64,000 nt of DNA from Hydrolagus affinis (Eukaryota). Within the stretch, counting starts at the first letter, position 1. Every line of letters begins with the position of its first letter. The stretch spans positions 1 through 64,000 of the forward strand of contig JAAILG010000595.1 of assembly GCA_012026655.1 (NCBI GenBank), written 5' to 3'. Position numbers and translations under genes: made by a program. The notes under the pieces are model-generated. The model ran no database searches, was not told where the DNA came from, and saw only the letters and a list, made by a program, of their open reading frames with translations. Below, piece after piece: positions 1-11,626 of the stretch.

Positions 1-385
1 GGGATGTGTGGGATGTGGGGGGTGGGGGGGGGAGCAAATTTGCAGATCGCAAGCTAAAATGTTCAAAGATTCAAAGTCCTGGTGTTGAGGCTGGGCTGAT
101 TTTGGAATTTGGAGACGGTTTGTCTTCATTCCACGCTTTGGAATTTTCAACAAATCGTCTTGGGAAGGTTAAAGCAATAAGAGATCACACTGTTTTAGGA
201 GTAAAATTCACTAACATTCACATGGCCCAATGCACGTTTGCTGGTGTTGTAACACTGACGTGCAACCACTCACCCACCATTTGAAAAGAAACTATGTATC
301 CTAAAGTGCTTCACTGTAAAATCTAGTGACTGTGTATTTTGCAGGCGAAATTTGGGGCAGTTAGAGAGGTGATTTCATGGTTATG

Positions 386-604
386 GTTAATAATAATCCC
401 TCCCACACAAAAAACCACAATAATAAGATTCGGCATATCAATTCACAACTGTTTGTGGGGACACTGCTATGCGCAATTGGCTGCCACGTTTCGCCCACAA
501 ATAAACAGTTCACTTTACAGTATATTCAGTGAAGCGCTTTGAGACGTCTAGAATATGTGAAAAACGCTATACTCAAATGCAAGGATTCTTATTCTTATTA
601 TTAT
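386..604 (+). mobile_element. 5'-truncated copy of the young SINE (representative of many truncated copies)
   Basis: Body and tail only. Similar fragments at about 2290-2410(+), 2880-3060(-), 3340-3495(+), 11028-11277(-), 13700-13780(-), 21020-21370(-), 25515-25640(-), 36680-36860(+), 37970-38075(-), 38458-38585(-), 41180-41365(+), 49470-49600(+), 52090-52235(+), 57040-57375(+), 59738-59950(+). Confidence 0.85.
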
Positions 605-831
605 GGTCATCTGGAATTTTACTAAATACTGTACCTATAAACCGGGATTGTGGAATCTCTCTTCTCAGTATAAACATGCCTTTTATCTCAATTACCAAAC
701 AACCCATTACCTTGCGGACTCCGTGTTTTCTTCCGTCCCCTTTGATTGTGGCGGTTACATCTGGTGCAACCTTCAGTTGTTATTCTCCTTTGTTTTTTTT
801 TAATGTTTGCTTTCCCGTTTCCACACGGCAG

Positions 832-959
832 CCAACTCGGTGATAAAGTGGCAGTTTACTTCGTCAACCGGGATGGGGAAACTCTTACAGGAGTGGGCAA
901 GGAGGGTGAAAGTCTGCTGGACGTCGTGATGAAGAACGACTTGGCTATCGATGGGTTCG
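832..959 (+). CDS. FDX1: Adrenodoxin (mitochondrial [2Fe-2S] ferredoxin) coding exon 2
   Basis: Polypyrimidine tract + cAG at 829-831; translates (S)[43 protein letters not shown], matching the adrenodoxin DK-x-x-V-x-F-x-NRDGE...SLLDVV...IDGFG segment; donor G|GTGAGT at 960. Confidence 0.95.
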
Positions 960-1622
960 GTGAGTATGTTTGAACGCACGCGTCTGTAGTTTGGCACGCG
1001 TGAACGTAGCGTTTTCTTTTTAGAGGATGTTTTAAACCAAACCGGCAAACCGAGAATGTCTGCAAGATTGAATTAGTCACTTAAGCTCCAGATAAACTGC
1101 CAAGCCACTTTAAAGCATAACGGACACAGCGCAGTATTCTACAGCGATGGCTCATTAACCACACATTGTTGTAGAGATCAAAGTGTTTCATTAAAACAAA
1201 CACACATGGCAAGTTGTCCGAGTACTCGTGCTTTGTAGACACTGCACTGGAGGTTATTGATTGTTGTTCTGGCTTTTTGATTGTTCAAGTTTTGTGTTGT
1301 TACTGCTTTCAATAAAAACTATTAAAAAAAATTATTGGCAGCGTGAAGCACTTTGAGAAGGCACCCCACCCTCCCCCATGACGGAAAAGGTGCTATATAA
1401 TAACAGTAATAATTATTTATCCTAATAATTCCTGCCTTTGTATGATTATTATTATAATAATCTTATCATTATTATTATTGGAACCTCATCACGTCATTGA
1501 GATATCTCAAAGCCTGTATTTATATGCTATCTAATCTGGGCAATTCATTATTACTCAATTCAAATTTTATACGACTGTCAACTGCACTTATGAATGAGTT
1601 ATGAGTTGTCTTTCTGCCACAG

Positions 1623-1752
1623 GTGCCTGTGAAGGAACTCTATCCTGCTCGACCTGCCATCTAATCTTTGACAAGGAGACCTTTGAGAATCTGGACGAGA
1701 TTATGGATGAGGAGATGGATATGCTGGATTTGGCCTATGGGTTGAGTGATAC
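1623..1752 (+). CDS. FDX1: Adrenodoxin exon 3 (Fe-S binding loop)
   Basis: AG at 1621-1622; [43 protein letters not shown](T) contains C-x5-C-x2-C and the acidic DMLD helix; 130 bp; donor AC|GTAAGC; phases match both neighbours. Absent from the ORF track. Confidence 0.97.
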
Positions 1753-3582
1753 GTAAGCAATGTTTTTGTCATGAAAGGCCCGTTTCTTGAACCATATGTA
1801 GGTTGTGTGCAAACTCCCAGTGCCACTCCTTTGATCTGCAACATTCATTTAAAGGCCCCCGGCGTGTTTCACGTACCTATTGCCAGAGTTAATCGCCTAC
1901 GATTCTGAAACCACTCCCAGACCAGATGTGATCTCTGAGGGAATCATAGAGCTTTTTGTGCTTGAGCTAAAATGATCACAGCTTTATTAGTGATTTTTGT
2001 TTTCCTGTTTCCCCACATTAAAACCCAAATTGGCTTCGTGAAATAGCCGCTATTTCTCCAATTGAAAATCCTGAAAATGTCAGGAATTTCTGTTTGCGGG
2101 AGAGGGATGGGGAGGGGGCAGGGAGAGCAGGTGTGTGGATTAAATTCATAGTTTATTCCCCCGATAGAAAAATGTGATTGCGCGAAAGTGACCAGGGTAT
2201 TTTTCGGGGTTAAAATGGTGGCTTAGTGGCATGAAAACCCACTGTAACATCTAACATCGTTCCATCGTCCATTTCACCAAGATCAATTTTTGCCCGCAAA
2301 ATATACAGTCAATTCACTTTATGGTACATTCTGTGAATCTCTTGGAAGCCTTGAAGACATGATAAAGCGCTGTATCAAATGCAAAGATTAGTTTTATTAT
2401 TATTAATAAATAACCCTTGCAATTCCTCTTTCAATAACCGAGATAACAGCGAACTTAACCCAACTAAGAGCAAATCAACCCCAATTAAGAGTCAAATTGC
2501 TTGGGAACAAGAGATTAAAGAGCATGGACTATATCATTGCAGTGGAGTCAGAAGCCATTGGAATTTGGATTAAATATCTGCAGCTATTTCGTAACCAAGG
2601 TTCATCCTTATCTCTTAAACACGGCTAAAATTGAAATACTGCGGGAGACCTTGAAATTATCTGTGTAGTGTTATTTCAAAGGGGGAATGTTGGCAGCCAG
2701 AGCAAAATACAGGCAGCCGGGAAAGAAGGAGGGTGGGCGGTAGGGAGTGATAAAATGTGTAACACATTTTACAGAAGGTTTACATTCGTTTGTTTCTTGT
2801 TGCACTTTTTAATTGCTTTTCAAGACATCTTACATGTGGGTGAGACACGTATTACTTTGCTAATACTGTAATAATATTAAAAATAATAATCCTCGTGCTT
2901 GATATAGCGGTTTATCCACGTCTTCAAGACGTTTTCAAAGCACTTCACAGGATATACTGTTAAGTGAATTGACTGTATATTTTGTGGGCGAAATGCGCAA
3001 GCAGCCAATTGCGCACAGCAGTGTCTCACAAACAGTCGTGGATTGAAGCGACCAATTTATCTTTGAAGGGGGCCGAGCAGGGAATCGTGCTTGGGATCGA
3101 TAGTTCAATGGAAGAGCAAATTCAATGGGTCCAATCCTTCATTTTTATTGGAATACATTTAAATTTTTATCTCAATCGTTAATTATTACAATAATAATTA
3201 TTATTAAAAATGACAAAAGGCGGAATCTCCCAGGGACACGAATCCGCAGGAACAATCTGTAAACTAGAACGCGAGAAGGACCAAGCCTCTGTTTAAAATA
3301 GAAACTTCCGGGAATGCGGTCTGCCAGATCAGTTGCCGTACTTACAGAATGGGGCGATTTAATCTGGTGGGCAATAAATGGTCAGTGACTTTCGAAACAA
3401 CTTTACAGTATATTCTGGGAAGCGTTGGGAGACCTCTCAACGACATGATAAGGCACAATATCAAATGGCAAGGATTATTATTGTTTTTATTATAATAATT
3501 GTCTAATACTCATCTAACAACACCTCTCACCCCCCCACCCCCCCGCCCCACACCTCACAGTACCAATGCGTCCTTTTTCCAG

Positions 3583-3694
3583 GTCACGCCTGGGTTGCCA
3601 GATCTGCTTGAATAGGTCTATGGAGGGGATGGTCATGAAGGTGCCAAAGGATGTGGCTGACATCAGGAAATCAGTTGGTGCAAACAAGCAGTGA
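3583..3694 (+). CDS. FDX1: Adrenodoxin terminal coding exon 4
   Basis: Acceptor tcctttttccAG|G; SRLGCQICLNRSMEGMVMKVPKDVADIRKSVGANKQ* with the SRLGCQ fourth Cys ligand; TGA at 3692-3694. Confidence 0.96.
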
Positions 3695-3997
3695 GGCCTC
3701 GCCAACCACCTGTGAAGACATACCCCTCAGCTTTGCCCGTTTACCCACCTCTGTAGAATCTCGAAGTCAGCGACACTGTAATGCACTCAAGTAGCCAGAT
3801 CTGAGCTGGATCCCATTTCTGCCGCTGCCAACAGAGACAGCAGTGATGTCAGGCAGTCGGTGCAAGTGATCGACTACACTGAAGTGTATTAGCTGGAAAA
3901 TCTTATTACAATACAGAGTAGAGCCCTCCCTTGTACTGGCTCCCAGACTCACCACCAACCCACCGCCTTCATATTTGGTTAGTAGTGACAAAATCAT

Positions 3998-4097
3998 CAG
4001 TTCTGACGAAGGGTTGTAGACCCGAAACGTTGACTCTTTTTCCTTTCTCCATGGATGCTGCCTGACCTGCTGAGTTGCCCCAGCAACTTCTGTTTTT
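3998..4097 (+). mobile_element. 100-bp Penelope-like-element-derived insertion carrying a minimal hammerhead ribozyme motif, with 13-bp TSD
   Basis: Flanked by the perfect direct repeat GTGACAAAATCAT (3985-3997 and 4098-4110). Contains AGTT-CTGACGA-A-GGGT/tgtag/ACCC-GAAAC-GTT-GACT at 3999-4035, followed by a TGCTG/CAGCA hairpin. Confidence 0.75.
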
Positions 4098-4693
4098 GTG
4101 ACAAAATCATTGTTTGTTATACAATGTGCGGAGCTGGTTTAGTCAGTGACGTTGATTGCTGATGTCTCGATGAAACAAAGGCATTAGATGTTATTCACTA
4201 TGCAGATGTTGGTGCTCGTTAACTTGTCTCTGTGATGATTTGACATTGGTTCTGCAGTTCGGCCGCACATGAGAGTTAACGAAAAAGCATGTGTGCTGTT
4301 GCTCCCCGAGTTTTCTTGTTGGCCTCCCTCTCTTTAAGCCTCTCGCCTGGCTGGTTTGACATCAGTTCAGATCAAGCTGCATAACTATGTGAGCGTTGAC
4401 ATGGAGTGGTCTTTAGTTGGTAAGCAGGGTACTGTACTGTTCAGAACCACATGCAACATGAGCTGTTGTGGTTGTAGTGGGAATCTTCAGTGCTGCAAAC
4501 CAGTGGTGCGTTATCTAGTCAGCCAGCAGGTGGGAGTATGAAACAATACCAGTCACCATTCTCTCTCTGTGTCTGTGCGAATGACCCTGTGCGTTCACTG
4601 CAAATGCTTTTACAACCTCTCATTTTGGTAGATAAACAAAAGTGGAAGATTGAACTCTCTTTCTCTCTCTCTCTCTCCCTCTTTCTCTTTCTC

Positions 4694-4699
4694 ATTAAA
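4694..4699 (+). terminator. Candidate FDX1 polyadenylation signal (ATTAAA)
   Basis: First canonical AATAAA/ATTAAA hexamer I found after the FDX1 stop; GU/U-rich sequence follows at about 4730-4745. Weaker variants AATACA (3910) and GATAAA (4631) occur earlier. Confidence 0.4.
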
Positions 4700-5057
4700 T
4701 ATGTGAAATGGCAACTAACTGCACCGTCTATTATGGTTTGTGATTAATAATTCATTGGAAAAAAATTCTTGACGACGTTAATCATGACTTTGGACTTGGC
4801 TGGCGCCCGTCACATCAGGAGGACGTCGCAAAGTTCCTCGCAGGATTCTCGTCACCAAGTTACTAAGCTTTGGGGGAAATCATTTGCTGCCTAGTTGCTA
4901 CAGGCAATTCATTTTGCGGTGTATCCTGGGAAGCGCTTTGAGACGCCTCGAAGATGTGATAAGGCGCTATATCAAATGCAAGGATTATTAGTTATTAATT
5001 TTACTTGGGTCAATGTGCAAATCAGAAATGTCACATTAATACAACTGTGAAGTTTGT

Positions 5058-5357
5058 GGAGTCCTGTAGCTAGTGGTTAGAGCGCTCGCCTTACAAATGA
5101 GTGACCTGGGTTCGATACCAGGCAGGGTGAAATCTTGGGCAAGTTTCCTTACTCCACATACCTGACAAAAAGCCTGAAAACCCCCCAATAATAAATTGAT
5201 CATTTCAGTCCAAGACTGTTTGTGAGACGCTGCTGTACACAATCGGCTGCTGTATTTCGCCCACATATATACAGTCCATTCACTTTACAGTATATTCTAT
5301 GAAGCGCTTTGAGACTTCTAGAAGATGTGAAAAGTGCGATATCAAACGCAAGGAATG
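5058..5357 (+). mobile_element. Young tRNA-derived SINE, full length (subtype B)
   Basis: Head GGAGTCCTGTAGCT-AGTGGTTAGAGCG (A box) and GTTCGATACC (B box); shared body; L2-like tail GAAGCGCTTTGAGAC...ATCAAAcGCAAGG. Confidence 0.9.
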
Positions 5358-6773
5358 TTTTGCAAGTGATAAAGGATCAACTCTTCTCTTTAATGTGTAA
5401 AAGTACTTGCATTGGATACAGCCCTTTATAATGCCCTAAAACCCTTCACACAATAAGCTGCACGCCCCACTCTGCTGCATCCTGACAACACGTGGGAAGA
5501 AGGTTATTAATCTGGTACCATCGAGAAGGTTACTTTCCGCACATCGGGAACATTAAATCCCAGCTTGTTGGGATTCGGTCAATAAATGAGAAAATTCCCT
5601 TAAACCCACAGCCATCGGTTAAGTCCTCCACCCTCAGGAATCTTTGGGTTTAAGAAATGGACTCTTATTTCCGCTTGTTGGAACTCTCGAGGATAGAACG
5701 AAGTCCGTTGAGTGGAACTCCTTTCCAGCTGCAATCCTTTTTTTAGCAGTTGTACCATCTATGGAAAAAGTTTGAACCCAAGGTACGTCCTGTCGAATGC
5801 CGTGTGCGCTCGCTCGCTGGGATACATGTTTAACATACCAGCACCATCGCAGTCCTTCCAGTTAACAGCCTCGCTGATGGGAAACAGGATAGTCACCGTG
5901 GTGTGAAAGAATGTTGCTGCATCAAATGAGACGAGCGGGAACGTTTTAACGTGACTATCTTTTATTGTATAAGCCCTCCTTGGTAACCAACCACACGCAG
6001 TTGCACAGAAAAGGACGCAAGATGTTCCACAGCCGCCCAACAACGAGTGGCTCTGTGTACATAAACAAGAGGAGGTGATAGCTCCTTACAGCACGAGACA
6101 GGCCCACATCCACTGGCACTTCAGCAGGAGTCGACAAACCAGAATATACTCTCACTAACCGTATGACCAGATACCGAGCGGGGCGCACAATGTGGTTTAG
6201 CGCTTAAAATCCACAATTTATGTAATTTTTCTTCCGAATGTAAGTTCCTACCACAAGCTCGCAGTGCTGTTCCCAGATACTGGGGACTTGAGACTTTCCT
6301 TAGCCCCCCCGCCACCACCCCCATAATATAATGTGTTGAATCGGCAACCAAAGAATTCTTGCGGAAGTTGCTCGCTTCAGATGAGCTTCGTTCCTAAATA
6401 AAGAGTTGAGATTGATTCTCCTCCGTGAAGTGATATCAGGAGTCATCGGCTGATCTGGGACTCGCACAGAAATGAAACATTTCAATCCAGAAAATTCACT
6501 CCAATTTAGAAGGGCATCTAAACGGCCCTTGCAAATTTTATTTGGGTTTGACACAATGCAATGGGACAGCTATACAGTAGAGAGCTCCATCACTACATTG
6601 CTTGGGACCAGCCCCATATAGAAAGGAAAAGCAGTGCATTAAATATCAGGTCATTAAACCAAATAGAATGTACTAGAAATGTCTTCCTTTAGGAGATAGG
6701 ATGGGACTATCGAACCCCAAAATACTAGTTCCCCTCTTTTAAACTCCCCTCATACAGAGTGTCATTCCAACGT

Positions 6774-6774
<1 letters not shown>

Positions 6775-6806
<32 letters not shown>
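6775..6806. repeat. (CA)n microsatellite
   Basis: Direct read. Confidence 0.95.
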
Positions 6807-6808
<2 letters not shown>

Positions 6809-8579
6809 GGAAAGTCTTTCTCTCTCTGTCGTCTCTCACAGTACCAGCCCCATGCTCTCTTTCTCTCTCTCTTCTACTAAACCTCAAACAGTACCTGATG
6901 TACAACTGCAAACTCAATAAAAACAGGCACCAGTTAAAACAGTCAGCCCAAAATCTCAGCGCCTATTTGGTGACCTTGTTTTCTCTAATCTTATCGTGCG
7001 GGGAATGTGGGGCTCACGGCCGCAATTTGTAACAAAAGTACGTGAGTTTCAAGCATATTGTTTTGTTTTTTTCGCAGAGCGTTTTAGTGAATGAGTGCTA
7101 TTGATATATTTAAAAAAATATTGTCAGAGATGCAACTACATATTGTGGGTCGAACGATAACAAAGTCAGTTATAAAGTCACAGAAATTTACAACTCAGGA
7201 GAATGGCCAGTCAAGCCCATCATTGTCCCTGCTGATTCTTTGGAAGATAAATCCAGTCAGTCCCATTTATCCGCCTTTCCTCATGCCAATTACTCCTTTC
7301 TGATATCTAACTCGTTCCCTACTGAATGCTAATATGGATCCTGCCTTGGGTTGCTGTTGTCAGTCAATCAATGATAAAAAAAAAAGAGTTTTCCTGCTCC
7401 TCGTTTCGCACTGACAGTTCTATTTTGGCTTTGGCTCTTTTCAGATTTCAACTCCTGGAAACAGCTGGAGGAATAATCCCGTATAAATTATTGGCTCTCG
7501 CGCTTCAACCGTGTGCCCTACGTTTGGACGGTTTGCGTTTCCTTCGCACGCCCGCCCTGCAAGTGCGAAGACTTGACGGTGATACCAAGCAGAGAGATTC
7601 TCTGTGGGTGAATCAGTTATCGTGTGTCCCCCCACCCCACCAATTCTCTAGCTAGCACACAAGCTCACAATGCTTATGCAGACACCAGTCCTCTGTACAA
7701 ACGATTACATCTGAATTACAAGAAGAAAAAAAATAACGAAACACAGTTCGAACGTGTTACTATTATCCAGCATTACACTGTAATGGCACATTGCATTAAA
7801 TCATCACTTTAAAGCTTTGACCTATTCCTTTTTCAACAAAAAAAACACGTAAATAATTTTAGTGTCTGCCGGGTGTAATCAATAGATATGCGGGTGGGTG
7901 CCCTACAGAATTCTTCGCATTGAGTAATACAGTATGATCAAAGTAATTATTAGTTGGCATTAAAATCAACTGGCAAACAGTTTACAGGTTGAATCAGTAT
8001 CGCACAATGCAGGGGCCTCTGTTGCTCATGCAATGTCAGAACGAAACAATATTTAGAATTTTTCTTTAAAAAAAGTATCGACATCTTCTAGGACCAAAAA
8101 CCGTGTACCTTGGTATATATTTATATCAAAATCCAAACATTCTACACAAAAATACGGAATGTACCAAAGCGACAGGTCACAATGTGAAGGGGTGGGTGGG
8201 TGGGTGGGGGGGGGGCGGGGGTAACCTCTGGAGAAGCAGAGGCAGCCGCAGAGAAATAAGAAAGAAATGAACAGCTCAAGGAATAACATATTGGCTCAAC
8301 GGCAGGCGTTTGAATCAAACAGATAGGTTTAGGGCAGATTGCAAGACGGAGGGCTGGGGGTGTGTGGTGGGGTGGGGGGCAGGTGTGGAGAAGAGGGAGC
8401 GCGTCACTACAGAGTGTGACATGATCACCAGTGATGATATCACACTCCGCATTCCCACCCCACGCCACCTGGCCATAGATGATGATCTGTGGTGGGTGTG
8501 ATGTGCAGGATAAGGATCAATGTGAAACACACACATGCTGAGGTCAGGAAGGTTTGGAGTGGGAAGCCCTGTGGTAATA

Positions 8580-9019
8580 CAGTAAAACTCACGTATCAGT
8601 CGGGAACGCGACAAATAACATGACTTACTTGAAGTCCGAGTTACAGGTAAACTGTATAAATCGTGTAAAATCCGATTTAATCAATAAACTAACTGCGTAA
8701 TTCGGCATAGCTGGTATGTGAGCAGGCGGTAGTGCAGGGGTAATGGAAAATAAGGGGAGCGGTGTTAGAAGTTAGAGGACGATTATTACTACTAATAAAA
8801 ATCCTTGCATTTGATATAGCGTTTTTTCACATCTTCCAGACATCTCAAAGCGCTTCACAGAATATCCTGTAAAACGAATTGGCTGTGTATTTGTGGGTCA
8901 ACGTGAAACTTGCAATGAAATCTAAGTGGTGTTGATAGGACTCAGGGCGGACTTAAGAGCACGTACGACTTTGTCCACTGTACGATTTGAAAAAGGCAAG
9001 ACTCGGGCGGGTTTTACTG
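8580..9019. mobile_element. Tc1/mariner (Tigger/pogo-like) non-autonomous DNA transposon, interrupted by a SINE fragment
   Basis: TA-CAGTAAAAC... / ...GTTTTACTG-TA inverted ends; SINE tail on - strand inside at about 8782-8905. Confidence 0.65.
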
Positions 9020-9190
9020 TATTAAGAGTCCTCGTGCTCATTGACAACCTACATGTGACCATTCCCGCTGGGGCAGTAGCAGTAGTGAGCCATAACCAGA
9101 ACACCGGGTTTTAAAAGTGTGTGGCTGAAACTCGCAATACACATAACTTAATTAAAAACACATTGAAGGATGTGCGGGATTTTACACTTC

Positions 9191-10905
9191 TCAGACGTAC
9201 GATTCCTCTGTGAAAATTAATTGTTCAAAGTCTTCTAATTGGGGGTCAGTGCAGCGGCGGCGGCGCCACTCTTGCCTGCTCCTTATTAACTCGCTCTCCA
9301 CCGCTGCGGCCTCCCTCACGCAGTTCTGGGCCTCGCTGTGAAGGAAGTATTGATGGACCGTGTTTTGGACGGGCGGAGGTAAGATGATGCGGATTCTGTG
9401 CCGTTTGCTGTTCGCGCTTTTGTCCCGGTAATAACCCTGGGGGCAGGCGGACTGGACGGAACAGTCCGGCGACTGTTCGCTGCCCTGGGACGCGGAATCC
9501 GCGGACGAGCCTTTTAGGAAAGCGTCGCCGGGTGTGATGTGTAATCTGCGTGCAGCGGACTGGAGGACTAATGGCGCGTTCTGGCCGTAAAAGACAGTTT
9601 GCGGGATGTGGACTTTCAGTGTCTGCACCGGTCGACCTACTCCATCTTTCTCCTGGGCCGTTGAGGCCTCACAGTCCCCGCCGCTGCCCAGCTCCTGCCC
9701 GCCTGGATCTCCCCCGCGCTGAAGGGTTAGCGCCTTCCCTGGCGCCATATAGAAGGTTATCTTTGTGCGCTTCATGTTCTCGCTGCAGGGCGTCTGCTGT
9801 GTGTCGGGTGAGGCTGGGAAGGTCTGGGACGCTTTGGGACGAGACGTCTCATTCTCCGCCTCCCCGCAGCTCCCTCTGTCTGCTTCCTCCCTGTCGTTCT
9901 GGGCAAACAAAGTCCCTGTTTGGCCCTTTCTGATGTAAGCTACGCTGGTGTAACTTTCCCCGTCCTCCCCTTGGCCTTTGACGTCCATGTCGAACCCTTG
10001 ACCTTCCGGGCAAGACGCTGGGCTCCACGGTTCCCGAGCCTGCTCCGCCTCCAAGTCCGCGTACTTCTCCGCCTCTTCGTCGTACCAATCTACGTCCTCG
10101 AGGCAACGGGCCATCGAGGTGGAGGGAGCTCCGTGCAGCTTGCCGGGAATTTTATTGGGGGAACAAGGTGAGGATACCTGCCCTTTGCCGGAGTTCCCGA
10201 ACACGGTCTCGCTCCGGCCAAACACAGACGAGTCGGAGCAGGAAAAGGCGCTGTCCACCGAGCTGAGTGAGGACTCCGATGGCGACGTGGTGGGAGAAGA
10301 TAGGCTGGAGAGGCTTGATCTGGTGGATAGGTTCATTTTGTACGAACTAGGCTGTATCAGCCTGGGATTGATCTGCGGCGATCTCCAATAAACATATCTG
10401 TTCTTATTAGAGCCAGGTCCTCTCCCATCGTCCAGCAGCCTCTGGCTCTCGATCTGCAGTCTCTTCAGCTGCTGCAAGTAATCGATGTGGCCGTGAGTCA
10501 CGGCAGCGTCACAGCTGAACTGACGGGCCACGGGCTCGTGAGACAAGGCCAGATGGTGGGCCAGGCAGACACTGGGCTCTGACGAGCAGCGATCTCGAGC
10601 GGATCCAATGCTCTGGATCCCGACGAGAGAAGAGACCGAGGAGTACAGAGACTCGCTTTCCAGCTGCTCGGAAAGATCGGTACCGTCGTTGTTCTCCAGA
10701 AGAACATTTTTGCACAAATCATCGTCAAAGAAGCCCTGCCCACTCCACGTATCCTTTGCCTCCTCGTCGGGGTCCAGCAAGGGGTCGTTCAAGCCGCTAA
10801 AGATGTCGTCGCTCTGCTGCCCCTTGTCGACCCTTCTCCTCTCCTGATCGGAGAGCGGGGAATCCATGTCATCGGAGGAATAGTGCCGCTTCAGCAAATC
10901 AACAT
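9191..10905 (-). CDS. ARHGAP20: ARHGAP20-family RhoGAP, terminal exon 15 (Ser-rich low-complexity tail ending ...FTEESYV*)
   Basis: Lies within the 589-aa ORF; acceptor tgttgcAG|AT at 10905 completes phase-1 codon G|AT (Asp) from exon 14; contains DRCSSEPSVCL, ARQFSCDA and SSVDSAFS motifs typical of ARHGAP20 tails. Confidence 0.92.
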
Positions 10906-11428
10906 CTGCAACATCAAGTGAAACCGAGAGAAGGATTAGGACCATACGGACAGAGAACACCAGGCAAGGACAAGATCTTTAGATTGTAAGAACGTAAACG
11001 GGAAAGCAAAATCAATCCTTGAGGATATAATAATAATAATAATCCTTGCATTTGATAAAACGTTTTTCATGTTTTCTAGACGTCTCAAAGCACTTCACAG
11101 AATATACTGTAAAGTGAATTGACTGTACATATGTGGCTGAAACGCGGCAGCCAATTGCGCACAGCAGTGTCCCCACAAACAGTTGTGGATTGAAATGACC
11201 AATTTCTTCTTATTATTTTTTTTGGGTATTATTATCAGACATGCGGAGCAAGGAAATTGGCCCAAGGTTTCGCCGTGTCTGTAATCAACACCTGGAACAA
11301 GTTGCCAGGAAGGGTGGTTAAGGTCAGGACACTGGACTCATTTAAAAAGCACGCTTGATGGGTTAAATGGATAATAAGATTTTTTTTGCTAAAACACAAA
11401 GTAGCAGCGATGAGGAGATTGCACTGAC

Positions 11429-11526
11429 CCAGTGAATCTTCCAGATTCTCCTGCTGAACGTCGGCGGAACCCGCGAAGAGTAAAAGAACTTCATCGCCGA
11501 AGATCCTGGGAGAGTTTTCTATCAGG
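11429..11526 (-). CDS. ARHGAP20: ARHGAP20 exon 14, partial (5' end in assembly gap); end of RhoGAP domain
   Basis: LIENSPRIFGDEVLLLFAGSADVQQENLEDSL-G|GTCAGT; LIEN..IFG is the canonical RhoGAP C-terminal motif; abuts the N run. Confidence 0.9.
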
Positions 11527-11626
11527 NNNNNNNNNNNNNNNNNNNNNNNNNNNNNNNNNNNNNNNNNNNNNNNNNNNNNNNNNNNNNNNNNNNNNNNNNN
11601 NNNNNNNNNNNNNNNNNNNNNNNNNN
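11527..11626. other. Assembly gap (100 N)
   Basis: Run of 100 N; hides the acceptor and first codons of ARHGAP20 exon 14. Confidence 1.

Noticed and set aside
3306-3314. Perfect GAS/STAT motif TTCCGGGAA (also TTCCTAGAA at about 38622)
   Set aside because: Isolated 9-mers are expected by chance in 64 kb; no supporting context.
9550-10847. Several 68-127 aa ORFs overlapping the terminal ARHGAP20 exon
   Set aside because: Shadow frames of a GC-rich coding exon.
10906-10960. Hydrophobic signal-peptide-like start (MFSVRMVLILLSVSL) of the 589-aa ORF
   Set aside because: It is the translated polypyrimidine tract of the intron with a GTG start; the real exon begins at 10905.
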